Both the position numbers and the translations under genes were made by a program. Of a DNA stretch of 56,331 nt, positions 35,656-48,482 are shown piece by piece. Under the pieces are notes generated by a model. That model did not search any database. It saw nothing but the letters and a program-made list of their open reading frames with translations, and was not told the DNA's origin. The DNA lies in IMG/VR virus record IMGVR_UViG_3300049048_000077, positions 1-56,331 of that record. One strand, 5' to 3'. Each line of letters opens with the position of its first letter. Position 1 is the stretch's first letter. The DNA is from a virus (Duplodnaviria; Caudoviricetes).

Positions 35656-35913
35656 CTACTTCTTCCCGGCTCTGGAAATCTCAACGATGGCGTACAGCAG
35701 GACCCCCGCGGCAACGGCCCAGCCGAGGGCGGGGACTGCAACGCACAGGTAGGTGATTGCTCCAATGACGGCGACCACCAAGGCAAGCTTGGCAATGCCC
35801 TTCAGGAGTCCAAACCAGAAGCCGAAGAATTCGGCGTCGTGATTGCGGCCGTGCAATAGATCATCGCTCTCCGCGAGGGTCATGGGCTTCTTGATGTGAT
35901 CGAACTGGGCCAT
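35656..35913 (-). CDS. Two-TM membrane protein, antisense moron
   Basis: Extended -10 TGcTACAGT 7 nt upstream of ATG; two hydrophobic helices. Confidence 0.65.
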   Translation of the reverse strand: MAQFDHIKKPMTLAESDDLLHGRNHDAEFFGFWFGLLKGIAKLALVVAVIGAITYLCVAVPALGWAVAAGVLLYAIVEISRAGKK

Positions 35914-35975
35914 GGGCGCACTGTAGCAGGCGCCGCTCAGAAAGCAAAAGGCCTGATTCGGCGGGCATTTTGAGC

Positions 35976-36017
35976 CCCCCAGTAGGGTTCGCCCAATACG
36001 CCATCCCTCGGAACACT
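35976..36017 (+). promoter_or_regulatory. Late promoter motif copy 4
   Basis: CCCCCAGTAGGGTTCGC-N17-GGAACACT. Confidence 0.8.
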
Positions 36018-36047
36018 GCCAGGCAATCACCTCGCAGGAGTTACCGA

Positions 36048-36848
36048 ATGCCCAACACCGCATACCCGCTCGGCGCGCAGAAAATTCTGAGCGGGAGCGT
36101 CAATTTCGCATCCGACACCATCAAGATGGCGCTGCTGCCGTCTTCCTATACCTTCAGCGCGGCGCACGAGTTCCTTTCGGCGCTCGGCTCGCGGATCGGT
36201 ACTGACCAAACCCTTGCAAACAAGTCAGTGGCTGGAGGCGTTCTGGATGGTGACGACTTGGACTATGGTGCTCTTGCCCCCGGCAGCACGGTCAAGGCCC
36301 TTGTGGTCTACAAAGACACTGGCAACTCGGCAACGTCACCCGTCCTGTTTTACTTCGACGTCATCACGGGCTTCCCATTCGCGACGAATGGAGGCGCTCT
36401 CACCGTTCCTTGGGGCAACGATGCGAAGAAGATCGCCCGGCTCGGCTTGCCGTTCTTTCCCCTGGGCGCCGAAAAGGTTTTTTCGGGAGCGATCAACTTC
36501 CTTGCCGATACGATCAAGGTGGCCCTGCTGCCCGCTGCGTATGTCTACGACGAGGCCCACGAGTTTCTGGATGACGTCGGCTCAATCATCGGCACAGCCC
36601 AGACGCTAGGCACCAAGACCGTCATTGGTGGCGTGTTCGATGCAGCCGATGCGTCTTTTGGCGCCCTGGGCGGTGGTTCCGACATCGGCTCGCTCCTGAT
36701 CTACAAGGACACGGGGACCGCGGGTACCTCTCCTGTGCTGCTGCACATCACCGACTCGGTGACGCTGCCGCTGCCCACCAACGGCTCCGCGGTTTCGCAC
36801 CAGTGGTCCAACGGCTCAGCCAAGATCTTCAGCTTGATCCCAGCCTGA
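36048..36848 (+). CDS. Virion structural protein made of two tandem ~130-aa domains
   Basis: DTIK.ALLP..Y...AHEFL...YKDTG...TSPVL...TNG..W.N...KI occurs twice. Confidence 0.75.
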   Translation: MPNTAYPLGAQKILSGSVNFASDTIKMALLPSSYTFSAAHEFLSALGSRIGTDQTLANKSVAGGVLDGDDLDYGALAPGSTVKALVVYKDTGNSATSPVLFYFDVITGFPFATNGGALTVPWGNDAKKIARLGLPFFPLGAEKVFSGAINFLADTIKVALLPAAYVYDEAHEFLDDVGSIIGTAQTLGTKTVIGGVFDAADASFGALGGGSDIGSLLIYKDTGTAGTSPVLLHITDSVTLPLPTNGSAVSHQWSNGSAKIFSLIPA

Positions 36849-36858
36849 GGGCAACAGC

Positions 36859-37947
36859 ATGCTCCTGTTCTCAAATAACGCGCGCACCACGCTCGCGGCG
36901 GTGCTGACCGGCGACGACAGCGATCCCGACTACGGGACCATCGTCGCGGCTGGCGACGGGTCGGCCGACTTGTTCCAGGAACCTGAGGACGGCGATGCCG
37001 AGCTCGCGACGCTATTCGATGCCACTGACGAGTCGGTGTGGGAAGTGGTGCAGATCACGACCCGCACCGGTGCAACGTTCACGGTGCAGCGCGGCGTTGA
37101 GCTTTCGCCCGGATTGTCTGTACCACCGTCATGGCCCATCGGCACGTTCATGGAAGGGCGCGTCACCGCGCTCATGCTCGGTGGTTTCCAACAGACGAGC
37201 GACCAGAATGCCGAGGTCCGGTACGAACGCCGAGGAAGTGCTGGGCTGGTGCGGCCATCGTCGAACCTGGGGGGCGCGGAGGTCTTTGCGCTAAATGGCT
37301 ATCCCGCTCTGCCGGACTTTCGCAGTCGAGCCAATACGTTCGGTGTTCCCCCCACGCTGCAAGACCCGGTATTTGCACCCGAAATTGTCGGCGGCACTTT
37401 CCCTCTCGATCTGGGCTCAGCGGCCGCCTGGGCCGCCGGTACGACGTACAAGCACTTGGCGGTAGTCGTCCCATCAACGCCCGACGGGTACCAGTACTGG
37501 CTGGCCCTGAACGCAGGAGTTGATTCCTCGACCACGGACGTGGCCCCCACTTTTGCAGGCCCGAGCACGACGGAAGCCCGAAATGGCTATTCGCCGGATG
37601 ACGTAGTCGTCGGTTATTGGATTCCTACGGATTTGACCCGAGACATAACACTGCAGCTTGCCACCGATGCGAAGTTCGTGTTGACCGAGGTAGGTTTTAT
37701 GGCGCGTGACGTCACGGCCGGGACGCCACCTTATGTGTCCATCGGCACGGATGTAGACGCAACAAAGTTCGTGAATAACCAGCAGCTGACCCAAATCACG
37801 GACAACGGCCATGTGCACCGTTTCCCGATCTCCAGCGGTGGTGACATGGTTGAGTACTTGCGTTTCGTCGTGGACTCCCCTGCGGCGGGTGGTCGATTTC
37901 GCGGACGCTTTTACTTCCGTGGATTCTTTCTAAACGACTCAGAATAG
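36859..37947 (+). CDS. Tail/virion structural protein
   Basis: FSNNARTTLA, EVVQIT.R.G.TFTVQRG, R.TA motif. Confidence 0.65.
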   Translation: MLLFSNNARTTLAAVLTGDDSDPDYGTIVAAGDGSADLFQEPEDGDAELATLFDATDESVWEVVQITTRTGATFTVQRGVELSPGLSVPPSWPIGTFMEGRVTALMLGGFQQTSDQNAEVRYERRGSAGLVRPSSNLGGAEVFALNGYPALPDFRSRANTFGVPPTLQDPVFAPEIVGGTFPLDLGSAAAWAAGTTYKHLAVVVPSTPDGYQYWLALNAGVDSSTTDVAPTFAGPSTTEARNGYSPDDVVVGYWIPTDLTRDITLQLATDAKFVLTEVGFMARDVTAGTPPYVSIGTDVDATKFVNNQQLTQITDNGHVHRFPISSGGDMVEYLRFVVDSPAAGGRFRGRFYFRGFFLNDSE

Positions 37948-37950
37948 TCG

Positions 37951-38637
37951 ATGTCGTTTCCCATCATCAACGGCGCAGTGATCAACGGGACTACCTCGCC
38001 TGAAGGGGTAGCTGGGATTGACCTCGTCTCGAGCGGCGAAGGCTCGATGCTGGTCACGTTGCAAGGGGTTGGCGCGAGCGCGCTGGAGTTGGGCGCCCAC
38101 CGCGGCCAGGTTGGTGTCGACGTTGTGGCCCGCCCAGCAGGGATCGAAATGGCAAGGGGCGGCCTGCACATCACCGTCGTCGGACAGCCGCCCGATGACC
38201 TGGTGCTGCAGGGCATCGGCGCCCGCGCGACGGAGCTGGGAACGCCTAATGCGGTGCTGGGCGTCATTACTCTCCAGGGGACAGGCGCATTGCCTTTGGA
38301 ACTCGGTGAGCCCGTGCTTGGCATGTTGCTTCTGGGGCAGGGCGCCAACCCCCTAGAAATCGGCTTGCCCAGCGTCACGAGGCTGCTTGCAGGGCGGGGC
38401 GCTCGCCCCTGCCAACTGGGCCAGCCATCCGCGCAGTTCAGGGTCGCCATTGAGGGGATCGAACTCGCGTCGGCGGGGCCTGGTTCTTTTGGCATCCAAG
38501 GGATCTTGCTGCAGGGCGCTGGCGCAAGCCCGATGAATCTTGGCTCGCCCGGCCAACCCGGGCTCACGTTGCGCGGGCGCCAGGCTTTTGCGCTCGAGCT
38601 CGGCCAGCCATCGGCTGACAGGGGGGCGTCATGCTGA
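37951..38637 (+). CDS. Virion protein with LQGxGAxxLELG repeats
   Basis: ~19-20 aa repeats through the protein. Confidence 0.6.
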   Translation: MSFPIINGAVINGTTSPEGVAGIDLVSSGEGSMLVTLQGVGASALELGAHRGQVGVDVVARPAGIEMARGGLHITVVGQPPDDLVLQGIGARATELGTPNAVLGVITLQGTGALPLELGEPVLGMLLLGQGANPLEIGLPSVTRLLAGRGARPCQLGQPSAQFRVAIEGIELASAGPGSFGIQGILLQGAGASPMNLGSPGQPGLTLRGRQAFALELGQPSADRGASC

Positions 38638-39797
38638 CCTTCCAAGGCTTCACCGGCATCAACAACGTTGTTCCGTCCCATCGGCTGGAGGGCTCGGATC
38701 TCCTGGCGGCGACAAACGTCAACATTGGGCTCACCGGCGAGATCACTCGGCGCGGTGGCCTGCTGCAGGAGTCCGATGAGTGCCACAAGAACGTGCACCA
38801 AGCCACTGGCTTCATGCTTGCCACGTGTGGGTCGGCACTGACTGCAATTCACCCAGGCGGCGCGCGCCACGTCATCCATCCGGCTTTAGGCCCGGGCCGT
38901 GTCTGGTACTGCAACTTGCCAGACGGGCGAGTCACGTTCACGAACGGGCTGATTCAGGGCATTACCGACGGAGTGACGGGGCAGGAGCGTAGCGTTGCCG
39001 CCCCCACGGGCCTGGGTGCGCCCGACGTTGCCTTTGGCCTGCTCTTCCCGGGCCAGTACCGTTATCACCTGGCATCCCGCCGCATGACAGACGGCGCCGA
39101 AAGCCCGGCCATCAGCTCGGCGCCCATCGCCATTTCGCAAGGCGGCTTCCGCCTTGATGGTTTGCCCGTGCGCTTGGGACACGAGACTCTGGTGTACCTC
39201 AGCGGCCAGGACGGGGAGGGGGCGTATTTGGCTGGCTCCACGGCCACGGGTAGTTTCGAGTTCACCGGCAACAACGCTGCGCTGGTGCTGCCCTGCCGCA
39301 CGCTGGGCGCCCAGCCGTTCCCGGTCGGGACTTACACGGCCTACTGGCGCGGACGCGTGCTCACTGCTGTGGGCAACGTACTCTGGGCGAGCCGGCCCAA
39401 CGCACTCCATCTCTCCGACTGGCGTGACTTCAAGCAATTCGCAGGCGACATCACAGCCATCCAGCCCGTTTCCGACGGCATTTACGTGGGGACTGAGCAA
39501 GACCTGCTGTTTTTGTCCGGAACAATGTGGGACACGCTGGCCAACGTGCCAACCCTGCGCGGCCCTGTGGTTCCCGGCTCAGGAGTTTCGGCACCTGGAA
39601 ACCGCATTAAGTTGGGCGACGGCACTGGCGGAGGCCAGGCCATGCTGTGCATTGCCGGCGGGACAGTGGTTGCCGGGTTCAGCGGCGGCCAGACATTCTC
39701 GTTGACGGAAAACCGGTACCAGACCTCGGCCGCAGAAGTGTGCGCCGCGTTTCGCGAGGTCGATGGGATCCCTCAGTACCTCGCGGTGCCGCAATGA
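38631..39797 (+). CDS. Tail tube/nozzle-like beta-rich protein
   Basis: F.GF.GINN, A.NV.I...G...RR.G; podovirus tail-module context. Confidence 0.6.
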   Translation: MLTFQGFTGINNVVPSHRLEGSDLLAATNVNIGLTGEITRRGGLLQESDECHKNVHQATGFMLATCGSALTAIHPGGARHVIHPALGPGRVWYCNLPDGRVTFTNGLIQGITDGVTGQERSVAAPTGLGAPDVAFGLLFPGQYRYHLASRRMTDGAESPAISSAPIAISQGGFRLDGLPVRLGHETLVYLSGQDGEGAYLAGSTATGSFEFTGNNAALVLPCRTLGAQPFPVGTYTAYWRGRVLTAVGNVLWASRPNALHLSDWRDFKQFAGDITAIQPVSDGIYVGTEQDLLFLSGTMWDTLANVPTLRGPVVPGSGVSAPGNRIKLGDGTGGGQAMLCIAGGTVVAGFSGGQTFSLTENRYQTSAAEVCAAFREVDGIPQYLAVPQ

Positions 39798-41794
39798 CCA
39801 GAATCTGGAATCCGAACGCCTTTTCGATCACGGGACGGCCGGTCGGCCCGGGGGCGCCGGAGGCATTGCGAGTTGAAGGCGGCGAAGCCACGGCACAGCA
39901 GCTAGCCATGGCCCAGGTCGCCTTCGCCAATTTCTGCATGCAAGCTCGGGTCTCAGTCGTCCCGAACCCTACGATGGAAGGGCGGCTCCCCGATGGTTCG
40001 CGCTACCGAATCACCGTCGTCGGCATCCAGGCCGTCATGCAACTGTGGCCAGTGGGCGGCGACGGAGGTCCGTTCATCGCTTGGACGACGTTCGTCTCCA
40101 GTTCATACCTGCCGATTTGGGAGCGCCCGCTCGTGGACTTTCCCTACGACGAGCTGCCACCGAAGCCGCAGCCGTCCGGTCCGGAGCCCGCATACCCTCC
40201 TCTTGCCAGTTTCGGATTGATTCTTGAGACGGAGACACCATCGCCCGGGACAACGGTCACGCGGTACACCGCATTTGCGGAACTCGCGGGCGGCGAGCGC
40301 GTCGCCGAAGCCACCGTCGAAGGCACCTCCACAGTTAGTGACGGGCCTTGCGGATCCACTCATTTTGTCGGCGAGGCTACGCCATTCATCGGCACGTACT
40401 TCGATGGCGAGCAGAGCGTTGCCGAGATATTTACTTACACCTTCGACTACGTTGGCTATCCCGGAGTGACGTCAGTCACTGGCGGCATCATCGTCGAAAA
40501 CGTGGCAGATCCCTGCGCGGAGGAACCGTCGTCAGTTGAAGTTTTCATTCCTCGAGTAAGTACGGGCGTTTTGGTGTCTATAGCTGTTGCGACGTCAGCG
40601 TACAACGTCGCGGCCGTGGCTGCTTGGGAGGCAGCGCATGCTGCGTGGGAGCTTGAAAACGCCGAGTACCTGATTGCTCTCGCAGAATGGGAAGCTGCGC
40701 GGGACGCCCTTCGGGCACTCCAGCGCCCCTGGCTGCCGGTCACCGCTATCCGCACCAACGCCCGACCTGCCCAGGTAGCGTCGGTCAAGGCATATTTGCG
40801 AAGCGGCATTGGCGACCGCCACCTGACCGCGCGCATCCTATCGTTTCCCTACAACGTGGCGTACCGCACGGTTCCAGCCGTGGGTGCAGGGGGCAGCATC
40901 TCAAACGCCGCAGACACGACAGAAACTGTCCTCGGCTTCAAGACTGTCTTGCTGGACGCGGAGCCCTTCAGCACCATTCCGCGCTGGGATGACGGCCCCA
41001 ACGAGATGTATCCGGAGCGCTCGTTGCGGACAGACTTCATGCCGGCCGAGTGCCTTTTCGGGTGGAAGGCTAACGGCGCAATGCAGTACGGCTACCGTTT
41101 CTACATGGAGAACCCGCGCTCGGAGCACTACGTGCTGATGCCCCCCGGGCTCAGCAATGTAGCGGTTTCGCAGCTTCCCAACTATTTCATGAATACCCGC
41201 GTCGTTCCCGATGACGCGGACGGCCTGGTTGTCGCTTCGGATGCTTTTGTACCTGTAGGCTCCATCATCACCGTGGTGTTCTTTGAATACCGCGTGGCGG
41301 ACCCATACACAGGCGAGGTGTATTGGACTGAGTGCCCAGATCTTATGCAGCACGACAGCATCTGGATTAGGGACACCGGGGTGTACATCGACCCGCCCAA
41401 GGCGATAGATCCGCTTTTTACCGATCGGGTGCGGCTCGCAGGATCCATCACTCAACGGCGCACAGCGTGGGGCACCTGGTCATCTCCCGTCGTGAAATCG
41501 CGTCAGGCACTGATTCAAGGCGGCTGGGAGGCGGCTTACGTGGCGGCGGTTGAATACGAGCGGCCATCGAAAGCGCCAGCGGCGGTCGTGATCGCGCAAA
41601 ACCTATCCATCGCCGCCAACCCCAGCCGCAACCAGTCGGACGACTTCTACATGGGCGCGAAATTCTTGTGGGCGGGTGCGCCCGGCCAGGTGCTCAGTGC
41701 TCGGACTCGCTCTTGGCAGACAAATGCCGTCATTGCGCCACAAGAGCAATTCATCGTCCGCGCGCTTATTGCCACGGGAAAGATCAAGCCATGA
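39794..41794 (+). CDS. Virion structural protein
   Basis: ATGA-coupled 666 aa ORF in tail module. Confidence 0.6.
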   Translation: MTRIWNPNAFSITGRPVGPGAPEALRVEGGEATAQQLAMAQVAFANFCMQARVSVVPNPTMEGRLPDGSRYRITVVGIQAVMQLWPVGGDGGPFIAWTTFVSSSYLPIWERPLVDFPYDELPPKPQPSGPEPAYPPLASFGLILETETPSPGTTVTRYTAFAELAGGERVAEATVEGTSTVSDGPCGSTHFVGEATPFIGTYFDGEQSVAEIFTYTFDYVGYPGVTSVTGGIIVENVADPCAEEPSSVEVFIPRVSTGVLVSIAVATSAYNVAAVAAWEAAHAAWELENAEYLIALAEWEAARDALRALQRPWLPVTAIRTNARPAQVASVKAYLRSGIGDRHLTARILSFPYNVAYRTVPAVGAGGSISNAADTTETVLGFKTVLLDAEPFSTIPRWDDGPNEMYPERSLRTDFMPAECLFGWKANGAMQYGYRFYMENPRSEHYVLMPPGLSNVAVSQLPNYFMNTRVVPDDADGLVVASDAFVPVGSIITVVFFEYRVADPYTGEVYWTECPDLMQHDSIWIRDTGVYIDPPKAIDPLFTDRVRLAGSITQRRTAWGTWSSPVVKSRQALIQGGWEAAYVAAVEYERPSKAPAAVVIAQNLSIAANPSRNQSDDFYMGAKFLWAGAPGQVLSARTRSWQTNAVIAPQEQFIVRALIATGKIKP

Positions 41795-42228
41795 ACACCA
41801 TTGTTTGCAACACCCTCTCCGGCGCCGTGTCCGAGTACACCCGGCACGAATTCCAGAGCGTAACGCCCACGCATGGCGGGTCGGCAACGGGGCTCTATGC
41901 CTTCGGAGGCGACACCGACAACGGCCTGCCCATCGTGGCAACGCTGAAGCTGCCGCCCACGCTTCGCGAGAACACGCTGAAGACCCACATCGAGATGGTC
42001 TATCTGTCGATGCAAGGCAAGGGCTGCGCGGTCTTTACGGTCTTCGGCAATCACCAGAACTGGAACTACTCCTTCCCGTTGCGCGGATCGGGGCAGACAC
42101 GCTGCCCAGTGGGGCGGGGTATCCGGGAGAACTACATGGGCTTCGGCCTGAGCACCCCAGCGGGGCAGCAATTCGCGCTGGACCGCGTTGAAGTGCTGAC
42201 CATTAAATCGAAGACGCGAAGGATCTGA
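41791..42228 (+). CDS. Virion structural protein
   Basis: ATGA-coupled. Confidence 0.6.
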   Translation: MNTIVCNTLSGAVSEYTRHEFQSVTPTHGGSATGLYAFGGDTDNGLPIVATLKLPPTLRENTLKTHIEMVYLSMQGKGCAVFTVFGNHQNWNYSFPLRGSGQTRCPVGRGIRENYMGFGLSTPAGQQFALDRVEVLTIKSKTRRI

Positions 42229-42230
42229 CC

Positions 42231-44033
42231 ATGGCAGACGTCACTCAAAGTGCGGCGGAAATCGTCAACGACAAATACGACCGGTCGATTGACCTTGCAG
42301 ATGCCGCCACAGAGGCGGTCGAAGGATTTCAAGAGGCCCTGAACAACAGCATCTACCAGCCGCCAACGGTCAGCGTGCGGTGGCAGACGCTGGCCGCGCC
42401 CAACTTGCCTCCCATCCCCGACATGCCGGAGCTTCCGGACGTCGACCTCGTGATCCCCGGAGGGATGCCCACGGCCTTGATGGATTCGATCGGCAGTGTG
42501 CAAATCGACGACTTCGACGTTCAGGCGCCCGACCTCAACTTTGGACTGCCGCCGCTGCTTTCGATTGGCGACGTGCCAACGCTGCCGGAGGTCCGCGACG
42601 TGGCCATCCCGGATGCGCCCGACATCACCTTGCCGGACGTGCCCTCGTTCCTGCCATTGCAGACCCACGAGTTCGGCGGAATCAACCTGCGCGAAGACTG
42701 GTTGTCGAAGCTGGACGAGATCCCTGAGCTCTCAGTCCTGCAGCCGGCGCCATTTGCCTACTCGCAGGGAGCGCGGTACGCAAGCCAGCTGATGGACAAC
42801 CTCAAGGCCCAGCTCAACGCACGCATCCACGGCGGTACCGGCCTTAACCCTGCCGTTGAGCAGGCCATCTGGGACCGCTCGCGCGACCGCGAGACTCAGA
42901 TCGCACTGGCGCGCGAGCAAGAGGTCTTGCGCGGCTCTGAAGCGCTGGGCTTCGATCTGCCGTCCGGCGTCCTTGCCGGTCAGTTGCAGGACGCCCGACG
43001 CGAATACCACGACAAGCTGTCCGGGCTGTCACGCGATATCGCCATCAAGCAGGCAGAGCTCGAGCAAGCAAACCTGCAACAAGCCACTACTCTGGCGCTG
43101 CAGCTGGAATCGACGCTGCTGGAGGACGCCTACAAACTCGAAGTGCTGGCCGTGGACATCGCCAAAACGGCGGCCGACAACGCGCTGGCGGCCTACAACT
43201 CGGCGCTCGAGCACTACAAGGCATTGCTGGCGGGATACCAAGCCTACGCTGGCGCATACCAGACCGTGGTTCAGGCTGAACTCAACAAGGTTGAAGTGTT
43301 CAAGGCATTGCTCGCGGCGGAAGAGACCAAGGCCAACATCAATCGGAATCTCGTCGAGCGCTACAAGGCTGAAATAGACGGCCGCATGGCGGTGGTGCAG
43401 ATCTACCAAGCCCGGGTCGGCGCAGCGAAAACACTGGTGGAGCTGGAGGGCACGCGCATCCAAGCGGGTGCGGAACAGGTCAAAGCATTCGTAGCGACTG
43501 TGAATGCTGAAACGGCGAAGTCGGAGTTGTACAAGGCGACGGTCGCTGCCGAAGGCACTAAGGTGGAAGCATTCTCTGCGCTGACGCGGGCCTACGGCTC
43601 CAAAGTGGGCGCCCAAGCCGAGAAGGCGCGCGTGGAGATCGCCAAGTTGCAGACCAAGATCGCGGCGAAAGGCTTGGAGTGGGATGGCTGGGGCAAACAG
43701 CTGGCCGCCGCATCTGCTCAGGTGGAGGCCGCTGCGCGCAAAAGCAGCATCATTGTTGACGGGTACCGCATAGGGGCCACTGCCGCCGAAGCGCAGGCAG
43801 GTTCGTACATGCGGCGTTGGGAAGCTGATATTCGACAGTACGAGGCAGGTACAAACGCAACCCTGCAAGCGGCCAAAGTCAACGCCGACGCAGTCATGCA
43901 CACCAACGATGCCCGCATGGAGGCCGCGAAGGTGGGGCTCACAACGTCCTCGCAGCGCCTGGCCAGCGCATGGGCCATGGTCAGCGCCAATGCGTCGATC
44001 AGCGGAAGCGCGTCGCTCAGTCAGACACTTTGA
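42231..44033 (+). CDS. Coiled-coil virion protein
   Basis: Pro/Asp-rich N-terminus then long Ala-rich helices. Confidence 0.65.
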   Translation: MADVTQSAAEIVNDKYDRSIDLADAATEAVEGFQEALNNSIYQPPTVSVRWQTLAAPNLPPIPDMPELPDVDLVIPGGMPTALMDSIGSVQIDDFDVQAPDLNFGLPPLLSIGDVPTLPEVRDVAIPDAPDITLPDVPSFLPLQTHEFGGINLREDWLSKLDEIPELSVLQPAPFAYSQGARYASQLMDNLKAQLNARIHGGTGLNPAVEQAIWDRSRDRETQIALAREQEVLRGSEALGFDLPSGVLAGQLQDARREYHDKLSGLSRDIAIKQAELEQANLQQATTLALQLESTLLEDAYKLEVLAVDIAKTAADNALAAYNSALEHYKALLAGYQAYAGAYQTVVQAELNKVEVFKALLAAEETKANINRNLVERYKAEIDGRMAVVQIYQARVGAAKTLVELEGTRIQAGAEQVKAFVATVNAETAKSELYKATVAAEGTKVEAFSALTRAYGSKVGAQAEKARVEIAKLQTKIAAKGLEWDGWGKQLAAASAQVEAAARKSSIIVDGYRIGATAAEAQAGSYMRRWEADIRQYEAGTNATLQAAKVNADAVMHTNDARMEAAKVGLTTSSQRLASAWAMVSANASISGSASLSQTL

Positions 44034-44045
44034 GCGCCTGAGCGG

Positions 44046-44094
44046 CCCCCAGTAGGGTTCGCGCGAGAGGGCATGGCTCGGAACACTCCGGGTC
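44046..44094 (+). promoter_or_regulatory. Late promoter motif copy 5
   Basis: Near-identical to copy 2 (2 mismatches through the ATG). Confidence 0.8.
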
Positions 44095-44528
44095 ATGACC
44101 ATCACACCGGCCAGCCTGTCACTGCCCATCGTCCAGGGTGCCACCTTCGACGAGGCCCTGCAGCGCAGCTTCTTCCCGTACGACACCGCTTGGGTCTGCG
44201 GAGTGCTCGTCCGCGCAGACACGGGCGCGCCAGTCAACGAGGCTGATCGCGTGGCAGAGGACTACACCGGCTGCACCGCAGAACTGCAGTTGCGCCACCC
44301 CGAGACGAATGCGCTCATCAAGACGCTCAGCACGGCCAACTCCGGGATCGTGCTGGACGCTGACACGCTGAGGCTGTTCATCAGCCACACCGATACGGCG
44401 GCCTTCGCATACGGCGAAACGGCGCCTGCCTGGACGTATGCCTTTGGACACGTGGAAGTCACGCGCCCCGATGGCACGCGCGAGCGCCAGTACTCGATCA
44501 CCTTCCCACTGAACCCGGAGCTGACGGT

Positions 44529-44532
<4 letters not shown>
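44095..44532 (+). CDS. Tail fibre adaptor-like protein, leaderless
   Basis: I.QGATF, D.TGCTA.LQ.R. Confidence 0.65.
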
Positions 44533-46834
<2,302 letters not shown>

Positions 46835-46838
<4 letters not shown>

Positions 46839-47410
46839 GCGACACCTACCAACTCACAGGCGAAGGCTACGTCATCCGCAACGGCGAGACGAAGGTGCCG
46901 ACCATGGACGCACCAGGCTTGGGGCCGCACCCAGAGACCCTGGCCTACCGCGCCTGGATGGCTGCAGGTGGCGTACCGCTGCCAGCCGAGCTGCCGCCCA
47001 TCGAGCAGCGCCGCGCCGAAGTGTGGGAGGCCATCAAAACCGAGCGCGACCGCCGCGCGGCCATGGGTGTGAAAGTCGGTGCCCACTGGTACCACAGCGA
47101 CCAGAAAAGCCGCACGCAGCAACTCGGCCTTGTGATGCTGGGCCAGAACATTCCGGCGGGGCTGCAATGGAAAACGCTGAGCTATTCGCCCAACCCGGTG
47201 TTTGTCACGATGACGCCCGCCCTCGCGCAAGGGATCGTGATGAGCACGGCCGCCAGCGACACCGCCATCTTCACGGCCGCCGAGGTGCACCGCATGACCA
47301 TGGAGGCCAGCGCGGCCCCGCAGGACTACAACTTTTCCGCGGGCTGGCCCGTGTCCATTGAAGAGGAGGCGAACGATGCGGGCATCCAGTTCAACAGCGA
47401 CGCGGCTTAG
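46835..47410 (+). CDS. Tail fibre chaperone/DUF4376-like protein
   Basis: YRAW...G..P, IK.ERDRR, WYHSD..SR, WKT. Confidence 0.7.
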
Positions 47411-47729
47411 GAACGTGTGGGCACTGGTCCTGGCGTACGGGCAGCAGGTCTTCCTTGCTTTGGACCAGCTGGCCAATGCCCTGATCCCGCCTCTCGACGG
47501 CACGGTCAGCTTTGCCGACGAAACCCTCAGCGCCCGGTGCTACCGCGCCCACCGCGACGGCAAGTTGTTTGGGCGGTTGTTCATGCCGTCGATCGATTGG
47601 GTGTTCGGGCTGTGGCAGGGCCCAAACCACTGCCGCAATGCCTACGTCAAAGAGTTCGAGCGCAAGAACTACCCGAGCGAATACCACCCGCCCAACGAGC
47701 CGCGGTTCACTTCGCGCAGCGCGAAATGA
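47376..47729 (+). CDS. Conserved phage protein
   Basis: LALDQLANAL...DETLSARCYR...HC..AY..E. Confidence 0.7.
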   Translation: MRASSSTATRLRNVWALVLAYGQQVFLALDQLANALIPPLDGTVSFADETLSARCYRAHRDGKLFGRLFMPSIDWVFGLWQGPNHCRNAYVKEFERKNYPSEYHPPNEPRFTSRSAK

Positions 47730-48385
47730 ACATCATCCAGTACCTACTCGCCGCGGACGTGCCCGTTGAGCTGGAGCAGGCCGCCGTGGCGTGTCTGCTT
47801 GATGCACAGGAGCGCGCCAGCGGGCTCACCTGGGTCAAGTGGAAGGTTCGCCTGTTCCGCGCGGGCAAGATCGCCAAGTTGCTCGCTTGGGCCGACGAAC
47901 GCCTGATCGACGTGCGTCCGGACCTCGCCGACTGGGACATCGCCCCCATGGTGAACATCACGGCCCACGGTGACAACGTGCCGTGGGGAGCAGACGGCCC
48001 TATGCGAGGCGCTTGGTTGCAGGACACCGCCGAGGCGCGCGCCGCCAACTACTGGTGCAAGGGCGAACACCCCCGCAGCAAGAAGTCGCGCAAGGTTTGG
48101 TACCGACGCAATGCTGGCGAGTACCGCGCCTGGCGCCTCGGCCGCCGCGTGGCCCCTGGCGCTACTCGGGTGTGGAGCGCCAACGGTGTCACCGTGCGGG
48201 AGAACAGCGGTGCATGGCAGATCGTGGCAACGGGCAAGTGGCTCGGCTTCATCCCCGTTCGCGTTCGCATCGGGTACGAAATCGACAACGCGGTGCGAGA
48301 TGACGGCACTCAGCTCTGGTATCCGATTCCCGGTGCGGAACTGCGCGCGCCCATCACTTGGTCGGTATTGCCAGCCCGAGGATAG
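47726..48385 (+). CDS. Hypothetical Trp-rich protein
   Basis: ATGA-coupled; WYRRN. Confidence 0.6.
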   Translation: MNIIQYLLAADVPVELEQAAVACLLDAQERASGLTWVKWKVRLFRAGKIAKLLAWADERLIDVRPDLADWDIAPMVNITAHGDNVPWGADGPMRGAWLQDTAEARAANYWCKGEHPRSKKSRKVWYRRNAGEYRAWRLGRRVAPGATRVWSANGVTVRENSGAWQIVATGKWLGFIPVRVRIGYEIDNAVRDDGTQLWYPIPGAELRAPITWSVLPARG

Positions 48386-48386
48386 C

Positions 48387-48435
48387 CCCCCAGTAGGGTT
48401 CGCGGGTGCCGGCCGGTGCCGGAACACTGCAGGGC
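48387..48435 (+). promoter_or_regulatory. Late promoter motif copy 6 (lysis)
   Basis: CCCCCAGTAGGGTTCGC-N17-GGAACACT-N7-ATG. Confidence 0.8.
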
Positions 48436-48482
48436 ATGAATCAAGAATGCCACCCCCTGCAGGCTGATGGAGCGCGACAGTG

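Noticed and set aside
43029-44237. 402-aa minus-strand ORF (likewise 26219..27241, 37911..38879, 47744..48805)
   Set aside because: Shadow ORFs opposite well-supported structural genes, with no motifs
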